Source: a virus
Strand: one strand, 5' to 3'
IMG/VR virus record: IMGVR_UViG_3300027759_000070
Span: 22,972 to 86,971 of that record
Length of the DNA: 64,000 nt
A program made the translations under genes and the position numbers. Shown piece after piece: positions 20,321-30,527 of the stretch. Positions within the stretch are counted from its first letter, which is position 1, and every line of letters starts with the position of its first letter. Below the pieces are notes generated by a model. It was not told where the DNA came from. It made no database searches and worked only from the letters and a program-made list of their open reading frames with translations.

Positions 20321-21015
20321 ATTGTACCTCTAATATCTTTATTAATCCCGTATTCCTGTAGTAATGGATTTAATTCGTCTGGATATTCTGATGTATTCCA
20401 TTTACCTTTGACCAAAGCTGTTGCTATATACGGATAAACGTCCGAATCATAATGATTCTGTCCTCTTTTTGATTCGTTGTCATAATGATATAGTCCTTTT
20501 AAATTTAGCTCTATGCATTTTTGTACATAAGTTTCGTTCTCAAACCATTTCGAAGCCTTTACCTCTTTATATAGTTTTATAAAATCTGATGTTCTCCATA
20601 TAGTAGGTTGCATCGAAAATATGTTTTGATTATCAGACTCAATCTCATACAAAGTATTTGAAAGCTGAATCTTATTCAAAGCTCCAGACTTTATCAACCT
20701 GATAAATGAATATTCTGGATTTTCTTTTAAAAATTCTTTATACTCATTCAACTTATCTTCGTTTACCTTATTATACAAAACAAAATCTTCTTGTAGATAT
20801 ATAAAAAATTCTGGGTTTATGTCTTCTAAAGTTTGAACCCATGTTTGCCAATAAGGTTGAGAATTTTTGTAAATATAAATGTTTTTATATTTTTTATCAT
20901 TATGGGGAACATCAGATAATAGATATAATCGGTATGAACAAAATTTTTTGTTTTGTTCATAAAACATATCCCATACATCAGACGTATTACTATTGGTATA
21001 ACATACTTGTATCAT
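20317..21015 (-). CDS. Putative glycosyltransferase
   Basis: YLQEDFVLY, QPTIWR, KGKW; ATG at 21015 overlaps upstream TGA (ATGA). Confidence 0.55.
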   Translation of the reverse strand: MIQVCYTNSNTSDVWDMFYEQNKKFCSYRLYLLSDVPHNDKKYKNIYIYKNSQPYWQTWVQTLEDINPEFFIYLQEDFVLYNKVNEDKLNEYKEFLKENPEYSFIRLIKSGALNKIQLSNTLYEIESDNQNIFSMQPTIWRTSDFIKLYKEVKASKWFENETYVQKCIELNLKGLYHYDNESKRGQNHYDSDVYPYIATALVKGKWNTSEYPDELNPLLQEYGINKDIRGTI

Positions 21016-21431
21016 AAATAATCTACACAAACTCCGTAACAGTTGTAATTTTTACTTTTCCAATCTTTATCAAAATCTACTATAATTGATCTATCAACAA
21101 CATCTTTATTAGGATATGTCCATATATATCCAGATGATGTTAATGTACAATCATCTTCTTGATGCCAAAAACAATTTTTAATGTTATATTTCAACATGTA
21201 ATGCAATGCATCTAAATTCTTTGCGTGGCACCACAACCCATACTTTTGAAGGAATTCGTGATTAACAATATATGTTGGTTTGTCATGTCCCAAAATAATA
21301 AGTCCATCTTGAAACCAAACATCAATTTCTACTTCAATGTTTTTATCAAGCAATGAACTGATGTGATTTGGGTTATTTTCTAAATATTCGTTAGTACCAC
21401 TAACATTTCCTCTATGAGATATTATCAACAT
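21012..21431 (-). CDS. Short glycerophosphodiester phosphodiesterase-like protein
   Basis: IISHRGN, ENNP, VEIDVW, LGHD, WCHAKN, GVC.D. Confidence 0.75.
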   Translation of the reverse strand: MLIISHRGNVSGTNEYLENNPNHISSLLDKNIEVEIDVWFQDGLIILGHDKPTYIVNHEFLQKYGLWCHAKNLDALHYMLKYNIKNCFWHQEDDCTLTSSGYIWTYPNKDVVDRSIIVDFDKDWKSKNYNCYGVCVDYL

Positions 21432-22059
21432 AATCTTTATTGACTGCTAATATGTCTCCTTCTCCATATGGATGGGGGCATGGAATGAATTCAACTTTAA
21501 AATTATTTTGTGTTAAAAATTCTTCCAGATCTGTTTTTAATATATGACCCTCATAATAAGGAGAAACCGATGCTTCACAATGGATGAATTTTACATTTTT
21601 TAGGAAATCCCCCATACCTTTCAAAGCCAAAAGCTCGACACCCTGCGTATCCATCCACAATACATCAACAGATTCTATATTGTTTTCTATTAACCATTCA
21701 TCTAATCTTACACAATCTACTGATATCTTTTTACAGTCTTGTGTACTGGCAAAAGGAACATCTATTGGTTTTAATAATGATGAGGCACCGATATTTCCTA
21801 AAGTCAAATAAAAATCTAATTGTCCCTTTACGTCACCTACAGCAAATTGATACACATAAACATTTGGACATGTTTTTGATTTTTTTTCACATATATCAAA
21901 CTGACTTGGATTCGGCTCAAATGCATGTATGGTCGAAGTTGGAAAAGTTTTAGAGAATTCTATGCTTTGATCTAAATCCCTAGATCCAACATCCAATATT
22001 ATTTTTGGATTTATTCCCCCATGAGAATTTATAAATGATATGAAGTTATCTATTAGCAT
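21412..22059 (-). CDS. FkbM family methyltransferase
   Basis: LDVGS, HAFEPNP, ASSLL, RLDEW, MDTQGVELLALKG. Confidence 0.9.
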   Translation of the reverse strand: MLIDNFISFINSHGGINPKIILDVGSRDLDQSIEFSKTFPTSTIHAFEPNPSQFDICEKKSKTCPNVYVYQFAVGDVKGQLDFYLTLGNIGASSLLKPIDVPFASTQDCKKISVDCVRLDEWLIENNIESVDVLWMDTQGVELLALKGMGDFLKNVKFIHCEASVSPYYEGHILKTDLEEFLTQNNFKVEFIPCPHPYGEGDILAVNKDYVDNIS

Positions 22060-23243
22060 TTAATTACACCCCATTTTTCTATAGCTTGATGATATTCATC
22101 ACCATACTCTTTATCTATGCTCTGTCTCATAGATTTTGCTCCAGCTAATGTTCCATTTGGATGTCCATGAATACCACCACCAACATTAGCCATATAATCA
22201 ACACCTAATCGGCTATTAACCATTTCTGTCAGCCCAGCATTGAATCCACAGCTTATAGCTGGCATTACATTTAATTCCGTAAGAATCTTACAAGAATCAA
22301 TTACTTCCTGTTCGTCCCACTTATAATACCCTCCAATCATACCAGCATGTATGAAATCCACGCCACTTAATCCTGCAATCTTACAAATTACTCTCCAATC
22401 AATATGGAATGCATGGGATTTGTTTGTAAAAATTTTGTCTCCACTTTTTTGGAAGTGAATGAAAATCGGCAAGTCCAATTCTCTAATTGATCTGTACACA
22501 CCTAACCCACACCAAAAATTAACATGAACAGAATTCCCCCCTAAAGAATGTACTAGTTTTACTCTTTCCAAAATCTTGTCTGGGTCACAATGAATTGATA
22601 CCGAATAAATTACATTCTTATCTTTTAAATAATCCATTATCAAAGGGACACGTTCTTCAAGAGGACACAAGTCAAACTCAGACATAATTTCGTCCTCCTT
22701 AATAAAGTTGACACCACCATCAACTAATTCTTTCACCATTTCTAATAAAACTTGGGGTGTTACACCAATTTTAGGTTTAACTATTGCTCCTAATACTGGT
22801 TTATCGTATGAATTTACAAACTTCCTAATTCCAGATATTCCATACTTTGGCCCTTTGAATTCAGATAAAATAGAATCAGGAAATTCTATGTCTAATACAT
22901 GACATTGGTCAACTACATCAATATCCAGTTGCCCACCCATTAAATTTACTAGCAAATGAGATATTCCGTTGTTTTTAAAGTTGATGTTTACGGTTGGGAA
23001 CGCAATATCGACAATACCTTCAACTCTAGATTCTAGATTTTTTTTATCATCCAAAATGATACAAGAATATTTTTCAAACAATTCTTCGGTTTCCCATTTG
23101 TTTCGTACTTTAGGATTTCCTACAGACTGTCCAATCGCCAATGCCCATGCGGCATCATTTAAATTTGTTGTTGACTTTATGTAGTACTTAACAATCAAAT
23201 AATCATCTTTGTTTATATCTTCTAATTTTTTATAGATGTTCAT
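22053..23243 (-). CDS. RuBisCO-like protein (form IV RLP)
   Basis: F.GPKYGISGIR, GAIVKPKIG, GGVNFIKEDE, GVDFIHAG, GGGIHGHP.G..AGA. Confidence 0.93.
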   Translation of the reverse strand: MNIYKKLEDINKDDYLIVKYYIKSTTNLNDAAWALAIGQSVGNPKVRNKWETEELFEKYSCIILDDKKNLESRVEGIVDIAFPTVNINFKNNGISHLLVNLMGGQLDIDVVDQCHVLDIEFPDSILSEFKGPKYGISGIRKFVNSYDKPVLGAIVKPKIGVTPQVLLEMVKELVDGGVNFIKEDEIMSEFDLCPLEERVPLIMDYLKDKNVIYSVSIHCDPDKILERVKLVHSLGGNSVHVNFWCGLGVYRSIRELDLPIFIHFQKSGDKIFTNKSHAFHIDWRVICKIAGLSGVDFIHAGMIGGYYKWDEQEVIDSCKILTELNVMPAISCGFNAGLTEMVNSRLGVDYMANVGGGIHGHPNGTLAGAKSMRQSIDKEYGDEYHQAIEKWGVIKC

Positions 23244-23279
23244 TGAACTTATTTAAAATTTAATTTAGTAAAATCAAGA

Positions 23280-23600
23280 TTAAATTAAAATTTTATCCCC
23301 AACAACACTAGGAGTTTTAACTACACACAAATAACAGTCTTCTAGGAAGACTGGATCAGCTATTTCATTTGGAAAAATCACAAATACATCCCCAGAATTT
23401 AATTCTTGACCTTGTATAGTCATTTTTCCAGAGATTAAAAAATTAATTTCTGTTAATTTTTCGTGATAATGTGCTTCCCAAAATTCTCCTTTTTTATGAA
23501 CTTTATACCCTACTTCAAAATCTTGGGTTTTGTAACAACTAGGTTCAAAATTTCCCACAAACCATCCACCCTTATAATCTTCGATTTTTGTTATTTTCAT
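23280..23600 (-). CDS. Cupin-domain protein
   Basis: GWFVGNFEP, HYH...EINFLISGKM, GDVFVI.P.E. Confidence 0.8.
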   Translation of the reverse strand: MKITKIEDYKGGWFVGNFEPSCYKTQDFEVGYKVHKKGEFWEAHYHEKLTEINFLISGKMTIQGQELNSGDVFVIFPNEIADPVFLEDCYLCVVKTPSVVGDKILI

Positions 23601-24355
23601 AAAATAAACTTACACTTTTCTAATAAATTCTTTTTATATAAATGGTATTTATATATGTAATGATGATTTAAAATACATAAGATATTACCAATTACTAGAT
23701 TAGTAGATCTTTCATTTATTGGTTTTAATATCTCATTACTAAATTCGTTATGTGTATTTGATATAGGCCAACCTTCAACAAAAAGTTTTTTAAAATAATC
23801 ACTATCATCCATCAAGTATTCAAAAAGATCATCATATAATTCACAAATAAGTTTTATATTTTCATAAGAAGAATAAAACCAATGTTCAGTCATACCAGAA
23901 TTTAATTGATTCCATGTCTTACAGTATACTAAATTTGTGTCAATATTTTCTTCAAAATTTAAAACACAAAGATGATCCTGTGGAGCATTATATATTCCGT
24001 GCCAATTGAATACATCAAACCTACAAATTATTACACAATCATATTTGTCTTGTATAAAATCAAAACATTGTTTTCTAGAATAAGTGTAACTAAACAGTTT
24101 ATATAATGATGTTCCTCCAGATTCTAGTTTTTCTGGATTAAACATTTTTATTTCTTCGCTGAAATCTTTTTGTACTTCAAATTTATGATTTACTGGTTTA
24201 TACTTTTTTAGTATATCATTTATTATTTCAGTATTAGTCTCCCATGCGTGTATGTACACATCCACATCATATTTTGATAATATATGATCGTTTAATATCT
24301 CAAATGATCTAGAATAATCATTGGTCAGACCACATATACATAACGCAATTTTCAT
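23597..24355 (-). CDS. Glycan-locus hypothetical protein (possible glycosyltransferase)
   Basis: MKIALCICG, DVYIHAW, YDCVIICRFD pattern typical of polysaccharide-locus proteins. Confidence 0.55.
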   Translation of the reverse strand: MKIALCICGLTNDYSRSFEILNDHILSKYDVDVYIHAWETNTEIINDILKKYKPVNHKFEVQKDFSEEIKMFNPEKLESGGTSLYKLFSYTYSRKQCFDFIQDKYDCVIICRFDVFNWHGIYNAPQDHLCVLNFEENIDTNLVYCKTWNQLNSGMTEHWFYSSYENIKLICELYDDLFEYLMDDSDYFKKLFVEGWPISNTHNEFSNEILKPINERSTNLVIGNILCILNHHYIYKYHLYKKNLLEKCKFIL

Positions 24356-25078
24356 TTATAACAAAATGTATTTATTTAAATCTTCGGGGGTTCCTATAGG
24401 GAAATGCAAATTAAAATAATAGGGATGAATTTTTTTATTATTTTTAATCAAATAATTATAAGTAGGTGCTACATAAAATTCATTATTATATCTTTCATTA
24501 TTTTCTATCATAATTTTTGCAGAATCTACGAAAAGTGATCCGTGTTTCCAAAAGTGGAACCCATTAGTAGCTATGTTGCTTATAACAACTTTTTCTTTAA
24601 CATCGACTATTTCAAAGTTATCATTTAGTTTGACATAACTATTTTTATTTGAAACTGAATTAAACACACCTAAAATTCCATCACTATTATTGCGATTGGA
24701 ATATTTTATGATCGTATTTATATTTAAATCTTCTGTTATTTGATCACAGTTTGTTATTACCAAAGGAGTTTCATTATCAATTAAGTGCTGAGATAACAAG
24801 CAAGTACAAGCAGATCCTTCTGTTAGATAATCTATTGATATAATTTCAAAATTTACATTCAATCTTTTGCATATGCTTTGTAAATTATGAATTGGTAATT
24901 CCTTTCTAGTTATAAAAATAAACCTAGTATTTTTGAGTTGATTATTATTCTCTATAACACGTTCTATCATTGGCTTCCCATTTACATCTATAAATGGTTT
25001 AAATTCATTTGGATGTGTTTTTTGGAACCTTGATCCTAAACCAGCCATAGGTATCAATATGTTTAAATTTTCATTCAT
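24356..25078 (-). CDS. Sugar-phosphate nucleotidyltransferase
   Basis: NILIPMAGLGSRF, KPFIDVNGKPMI, TEGSACT, NCDQ, EK..IS, EFYVAPTYN, GTPEDL. Confidence 0.88.
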   Translation of the reverse strand: MNENLNILIPMAGLGSRFQKTHPNEFKPFIDVNGKPMIERVIENNNQLKNTRFIFITRKELPIHNLQSICKRLNVNFEIISIDYLTEGSACTCLLSQHLIDNETPLVITNCDQITEDLNINTIIKYSNRNNSDGILGVFNSVSNKNSYVKLNDNFEIVDVKEKVVISNIATNGFHFWKHGSLFVDSAKIMIENNERYNNEFYVAPTYNYLIKNNKKIHPYYFNLHFPIGTPEDLNKYILL

Positions 25079-25674
25079 AATTTATAGCAATCGTGTTTTT
25101 TATATTCGCTTATTCTTGTGTTGTATTTTATCCAATGTAGATCATTGTTGTCGTTTAAATCATTTAATATAAAATTAACAGGAACACCATCTAAGTAATT
25201 ATAAAATCTTCTAGTTAAAATTTGTTCCACAAAATCAGTAGTTCTTACATCATCAATTTCCCATAATTTTATTAGATCTTCCGTTTTGGCAGACATAAAA
25301 TAATCAATAAAATATTTTCCTGATTGTGGGCTACCCACATGTTGTCCTATAAAATTAAATTTATGAAAATCTATTATCTTCATAAATTCATTAAAATTAG
25401 TAGGAATCAAGTCGTTTCTTAATTTTAAAATATATTCGTATCCCTTTTCTTTGCAAAGATATAATCCATTTAAGCTACATACTTTTTGATAGTAAAAAAG
25501 ATGAGGACCAGCTTCTATTGGAGGTTCATTAAACAAAACAATATCATTACTGTGGTATTTCTGCTCATCACCTTTCCATGTAGAAAAAATTAAATTAAAC
25601 CCAGAAAATGCTTTTTTAATTTCTGGAATATTTGTGCTTTTTCCTGTAATTAAAATTACAAAATTAAAATTCAC
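25075..25674 (-). CDS. WavE-like lipopolysaccharide synthesis protein
   Basis: LIFSTW, YQ....LNGL, LKLRND, DYF, EQ; GTG at 25674 preferred because it removes a long overlap. Confidence 0.6.
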   Translation of the reverse strand: MNFNFVILITGKSTNIPEIKKAFSGFNLIFSTWKGDEQKYHSNDIVLFNEPPIEAGPHLFYYQKVCSLNGLYLCKEKGYEYILKLRNDLIPTNFNEFMKIIDFHKFNFIGQHVGSPQSGKYFIDYFMSAKTEDLIKLWEIDDVRTTDFVEQILTRRFYNYLDGVPVNFILNDLNDNNDLHWIKYNTRISEYKKHDCYKL

Positions 25675-26401
25675 AATTTTTATTATAATATAGTTGATTT
25701 TCGAACATGTAAGACCTAGTCTTACTTCCTTTGGTATACTCATCCAAAGCAGATCCAATATCAATGTATCTTCCAACTTTTTGAGTATCTAATCCTGATA
25801 AGAAATCGATAATAACTTCACTCATCGGACCAGCAGATATCAAATATAATTCAGGTCTTAATGCAATTTTAGACAATTCATTCAAGAATTCATTCTTTTT
25901 GTCTTCCCAAAAATTTACACAATCATCATTAACAGGTATAAAATCTAAAACATCAAATGGATATTTTCTATTAGATCCTTCTTTGTTTGCTATCAAAATA
26001 ACCTTTTCATCTATATTTTGAATTACATTTTTAAATTTTTTGTAATTTCCGTTAATCCATAAATTCGAATATGTTATGTTTTCCATATCAACTCCAGCAA
26101 TTTTTAAATTATCTAGAATGATTTTTTTCCCATAAGGATCACAACATCCACAAGAAATTCCATAAAATTTATCTGGGCTTTTGTTTTTTAAACTATTTGC
26201 GAGATCTTTTCCTAATTTAGTTTTGTGTGATGGAGCATTCCACTTGTCCTTTTGGAACGCTTGTGTGTGGTTTCCCACTTCTTTACCCATCATTAAGGCC
26301 AATTCACCATCGGCGTATCTAGAAAATATCGTGTGTTGTTTTTTTACGAAAATTCTATCAATCAAGTATTCGAAATCTTTACTAAAATCTTGTGTCATCA
26401 T
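25664..26401 (-). CDS. GT-D fold (DUF1792-like) glycosyltransferase
   Basis: FSRYADGE, LISAGP, IDIGSALD. Confidence 0.65.
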   Translation of the reverse strand: MMTQDFSKDFEYLIDRIFVKKQHTIFSRYADGELALMMGKEVGNHTQAFQKDKWNAPSHKTKLGKDLANSLKNKSPDKFYGISCGCCDPYGKKIILDNLKIAGVDMENITYSNLWINGNYKKFKNVIQNIDEKVILIANKEGSNRKYPFDVLDFIPVNDDCVNFWEDKKNEFLNELSKIALRPELYLISAGPMSEVIIDFLSGLDTQKVGRYIDIGSALDEYTKGSKTRSYMFENQLYYNKNCEF

Positions 26402-27396
26402 ATATTCTTTAATAGTTTTGCTATCTTTTTTGCTGAATTTCCGTCACCAAAAGGGCATGGATAACTTATTTGATAATCTTTACTTATTTTTGAAACCAAA
26501 GAACTCAAATTTTTTGGAGACATACAAAGGATTCCATGATAATGGAGACATTCTGCTCTTTCTGTGGTTTCTCTACAGATGATAATTTTCTTATTTAAGA
26601 AAGATGCTTCTTCTTGAATGCCACCACTATCAGTAATAACAAATCTACAATCTTTTAAAATATCAATCAAATCCGAATGATTCAAAGAATCAACAACTTT
26701 TACATGCTTGAAAATGTTTTTGTGTTTAATCACATTTGGATTTGGATGTATGGGAAGTATAAATTCCAAATCATTATATTGTTCTGCTAATTTATCTATT
26801 TCTGTAAACCATTCCTCTATAATGTCGTGGTTTTCTCTCCTGTGAAGAGTTACCAAAACTTTGTTTCCATACGAAGGAACTACATGAGTAATATTATCTA
26901 GTACAGTATTACCAACTACATATACATGATTATAGTTTGTTATTTTTTCTGCCTCCAGACAAGCCGCATTATCATTAGTTGCACACAAATGAATGTCGGC
27001 AATTCTACTAATTAATTGCCGATTTGCTTCTTCTGGATATGGATGATTTAGATCATATGTTCTCAACCCAGCTTCCAAATGAATGATCTTTATTTTGTTA
27101 TTAAAAGCCCACAATGCCACCGCAAAAGCTGAAGATGTATCTCCTTGGACTAATACATGAGTGAAGCATTCTATGGGTATAGAACAAGTTAATACATTTG
27201 CAATAACAGAATTTAATCTATTATCACTTAATTGCTTTTGTTCTATACTGTAATCGACCTTTATATCTTTTAGAAGATCCGTATGTTGTCCAGTAAAGAA
27301 TAAAGAATACTCAATATTATTACTATTAAATTCTTGGAGCAATGGCTTTATCTTCAGCCATTCTGGTCTTGTTCCAAATGATACTAATACATTCAT
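26398..27396 (-). CDS. wecB: UDP-N-acetylglucosamine 2-epimerase
   Basis: FGTRPE..K, TGQH, VQGDT, HLEAGLR, PEE.NR, TLHRREN, TDSGGIQEEA, PFGDG. Confidence 0.95.
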   Translation of the reverse strand: MNVLVSFGTRPEWLKIKPLLQEFNSNNIEYSLFFTGQHTDLLKDIKVDYSIEQKQLSDNRLNSVIANVLTCSIPIECFTHVLVQGDTSSAFAVALWAFNNKIKIIHLEAGLRTYDLNHPYPEEANRQLISRIADIHLCATNDNAACLEAEKITNYNHVYVVGNTVLDNITHVVPSYGNKVLVTLHRRENHDIIEEWFTEIDKLAEQYNDLEFILPIHPNPNVIKHKNIFKHVKVVDSLNHSDLIDILKDCRFVITDSGGIQEEASFLNKKIIICRETTERAECLHYHGILCMSPKNLSSLVSKISKDYQISYPCPFGDGNSAKKIAKLLKNI

Positions 27397-28124
27397 TAAC
27401 CTCTTAGTAATTTAAATCCTTTATTTTTATATTCGGTTAAAGCAATCCCAAACATATTTAAATGATCTGGCTTTTGAGAAATTGCATTATTATCCGCTCC
27501 AAACTGCCATCCATAACTAGGAATACTCCCCCACATTTCCATATCTTCTTTTGGATGTGGTGGTACTAATGTTCTTGTATTCAAATACTTCTGAATTGAA
27601 TAGGAAAAATGTGTATCTTCTCCACAAAGTAAAGAATTCGGAACAGTTGCTTCCTGCCAAAAAGCTGTGATAAACTTTCTAGGGAAAAACCAAGAATGCC
27701 CCACAATATCAACTTGTGTGGTTTCTGAATTGGCCGAGTGCCACCCAACATCTTCTGCTATGCTATAGTTATAATCATTAAATATAACCCCTCTCGTACC
27801 ATAAAGTGCTTCTTCATTTTTCATTTCATTCATACAATTCTCAAACCACTTTTTACCCGGTATTGTGTCATCATCAAATACACATATATAATCACCTGTT
27901 GTATTTAACACATGAGAAAATCTAGACCAAACTCCAAAATTGTAATTTGATATAACGGTTCTATACTTATTAAAGATTGATTTGTCAAACTTATCAAATT
28001 TATCGGATGCGTTTACCCACAACATTATTTCGTGTGGTTTTATTGTTTGATTCTCGATTGCTTCTATTTGAAGTTTTAAACTTTCATAACGTCTAAAACA
28101 ATTAATTATAACGCTTATTTTCAT
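27396..28124 (-). CDS. Glycosyltransferase family 2
   Basis: ISVII, QT..P.EI, FDDDTIPG, GED. Confidence 0.85.
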   Translation of the reverse strand: MKISVIINCFRRYESLKLQIEAIENQTIKPHEIMLWVNASDKFDKFDKSIFNKYRTVISNYNFGVWSRFSHVLNTTGDYICVFDDDTIPGKKWFENCMNEMKNEEALYGTRGVIFNDYNYSIAEDVGWHSANSETTQVDIVGHSWFFPRKFITAFWQEATVPNSLLCGEDTHFSYSIQKYLNTRTLVPPHPKEDMEMWGSIPSYGWQFGADNNAISQKPDHLNMFGIALTEYKNKGFKLLRG

Positions 28125-28125
28125 A

Positions 28126-29007
28126 TTAAATTTTATGATACAACTCTTTAACTTTTTTTGCTACATTTGATGCATGAAATTTATCCAAATCATCAGGGGG
28201 ATTATGTAATTTTTTGTTTAAAATATCGCCTTTGCTGTTAACATCGTAAATCCATCCAGACTTACCACACAACCATCCTTCAATAGTGGTTCTTCCTAAA
28301 AGGATTCCAGCAGTCTCATCACATCTTTGGACATATTTTTGTACATCGTCTACTGCATTAGAGTGTTTAACATGTTTATGTTTTAATAATTCTCCCAAAT
28401 AATTATCTGAATTATTTCCCACCAACCAAAAATCTTTGTTTATACTCTTAGTATATTCGACTAAATCAAATATTGTATTCTTTCTTAAATAATCTATAGT
28501 CCCAACAAATAGCACAGCATTGTGATCCTTTGTTTCTATTTTTTTAAATCTGGTTTCATCGATTGGATTGTATATAATTTCAATAGAAGATGAAGAAATT
28601 TTAAAATTATTGATTAAATGATCTTTTATTTCTGGTCTTATTGCGATATATTTTTTAATAGATTCGTGAATAACAGGATCTTCTAAAGATATGACTTCTG
28701 AGTGAATCGTACAGATCTTTTTTGTTTTTGGGTATACCTTAATTAATTCTTGTACTACGGGTTTATGCTGACAATGTATTATATCATACTGATCTGTCCC
28801 CCTGATGCTAGAAAATTCTTGAACCTTTATACCACACTTTAATGCCAAATCTGTCAATTTACCACCAATATAAGGGGATACTACAGTTACATCACAATTT
28901 AACTGTAGTAAATTTCTCGCCAATTCATACACATACATCTCAGATCCTGTAAAATCCTTAAAAAGTAGACACCCAATAAGTACTTTGGTTTTTTTCTCTT
29001 CGGTCAT
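28126..29007 (-). CDS. GT-B (family 4-like) glycosyltransferase
   Basis: TGSEMYVYELA, DIIHCQH, IIYNPIDETRF, LFVG, GRTTIEG. Confidence 0.8.
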   Translation of the reverse strand: MTEEKKTKVLIGCLLFKDFTGSEMYVYELARNLLQLNCDVTVVSPYIGGKLTDLALKCGIKVQEFSSIRGTDQYDIIHCQHKPVVQELIKVYPKTKKICTIHSEVISLEDPVIHESIKKYIAIRPEIKDHLINNFKISSSSIEIIYNPIDETRFKKIETKDHNAVLFVGTIDYLRKNTIFDLVEYTKSINKDFWLVGNNSDNYLGELLKHKHVKHSNAVDDVQKYVQRCDETAGILLGRTTIEGWLCGKSGWIYDVNSKGDILNKKLHNPPDDLDKFHASNVAKKVKELYHKI

Positions 29008-29014
29008 AATATTT

Positions 29015-29042
29015 ATTTTACCACACTTTAAAAAAAAATCAA
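29015..29042 (-). promoter_or_regulatory. Sigma70-like promoter heading the glycan operon
   Basis: TTGATT-N16-TAAAAT with upstream TG, 7 nt before ATG at 29007. Confidence 0.6.
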
Positions 29043-29059
29043 TTGACTAAATACTTAAA

Positions 29060-29776
29060 ATGGCTGATGTATTCATTAATATTAAAGATTTACCAGAGTT
29101 AAGCGAAGTCAGAAATGGTGATTATATAATCGTCGAATCTACTACTGGAACACATTTAATTGATTTTAAAAATCTTATAATGCCAATAGATAATACGGTA
29201 ATTTCAAGCACGGTAACACAAAACACCAATGCTATACTAAGTTTATCTACTTCAAAGGATACATCTGCTACTACATTATCTTCTGATTTGGATGCAGCAA
29301 AAACAAACATAGCATCTCTTTCTGATAAAGTTACCAACATTTTAGGTAAAAATGCATTAAACTTGAGTGTGGGGAAGGCTCAAGTTACCATTTCACCTGG
29401 TAATAAAATGGGTACAGGCACTCTTTCTCAAACAGGAACTTGGGCACTAACCGATATTATGATAACTCCAGCCAATGAATATGCAGCTAAGTTCGGAGCG
29501 TATCCAATTTCGGTAACCCAAAAAGGAGAAATAACCATACAAGGCACATTCACCAGAACATCATTAATATTGAGAAATACTCCAACAGTTTCTGTCGAAT
29601 CTTCTCTTAGACCAAGCACTAATATTTTATCTTCTTATACCGTTTCGGAATATAGTAACAGCTTAAGTCTAAATCCTTCAGATTTAGATAATTTTGTTAC
29701 ATCATTTTCTATAAGCGGAATAGAAATACCAGCAGAAGAAGATGCTATATATAATGTTTATGCTATTAAGCTCTAA
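29060..29776 (+). CDS. Putative virion structural protein
   Basis: INIKDLPEL...GDYIIVE fibre-like N-terminus; S/T-rich; CTAAATA-N6-ATG. Confidence 0.6.
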   Translation: MADVFINIKDLPELSEVRNGDYIIVESTTGTHLIDFKNLIMPIDNTVISSTVTQNTNAILSLSTSKDTSATTLSSDLDAAKTNIASLSDKVTNILGKNALNLSVGKAQVTISPGNKMGTGTLSQTGTWALTDIMITPANEYAAKFGAYPISVTQKGEITIQGTFTRTSLILRNTPTVSVESSLRPSTNILSSYTVSEYSNSLSLNPSDLDNFVTSFSISGIEIPAEEDAIYNVYAIKL

Positions 29777-30527
29777 GATTCTTTTTCGAGAATTTCTTGA
29801 TTAATTCTTCTTGGTGCTTGATGGATTTTTCTTTTTCGTGTGATTCTTCTTCTGATTTCAATAATTCCTCCATCTCTGCTAAAGATTTTGGATTTAAAAT
29901 AGAATCTTCTTCTTCTCCATATACAGTACCACTATCATCTAAATATTGTTGGATTAGTAATACCCTTTCTTCTGGACTCCCAAAAATTTCAATAATTGCA
30001 GGACAATTATCAGCATCAAAAAATGGTGTTTTCCCCAAATTGTGCTGATACTGATAGAATAAGGCTTTAAATATGTTATCAATTTCTTCAATATAAACTG
30101 GATCTGTCTCTCTTTTCCCGTCTTCGACAATATCTACAGGAGATGCTTTAGTGATAGGCAGAAAAAATATTAAATCAATATGCTTTAACGATTCTTTAAC
30201 CAACGGTATCATTTTATCAATAAATGCTTTATTGATATTTGAAGACTTTTTTTCGTATGCCCATAATGTATATACCAAACAATCTAATGGGCCTCTATCG
30301 ATAATCACATTATCGTCTTTACTGTATTTTTGTAACTCATCAATCATGTGATTAATGATTGCCCATTGACCATCCTTGTTACATTTCTTGCTGTGAGGGT
30401 GGTTTTGAGACTTTAAAACATCTCTATAGGATGATGATGGAGTGGAGTAATTTCCCCATTTTTCTAAAAAATCATTAATTAATGTCGTTTTACCCGTGTT
30501 GGCTGTTCCTGAAATACAAATACGCAT
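29766..30527 (-). CDS. P-loop nucleotide kinase (AAA_28/NadR-like)
   Basis: ICISGTANTGKTT, IIDRGPLD. Confidence 0.8.
   Translation of the reverse strand: MRICISGTANTGKTTLINDFLEKWGNYSTPSSSYRDVLKSQNHPHSKKCNKDGQWAIINHMIDELQKYSKDDNVIIDRGPLDCLVYTLWAYEKKSSNINKAFIDKMIPLVKESLKHIDLIFFLPITKASPVDIVEDGKRETDPVYIEEIDNIFKALFYQYQHNLGKTPFFDADNCPAIIEIFGSPEERVLLIQQYLDDSGTVYGEEEDSILNPKSLAEMEELLKSEEESHEKEKSIKHQEELIKKFSKKNLRA

Noticed and set aside
22053-23243. True CO2-fixing RuBisCO
   Set aside because: Equivalents of E60, N123, R295 and K334 appear missing; no small subunit or phosphoribulokinase nearby
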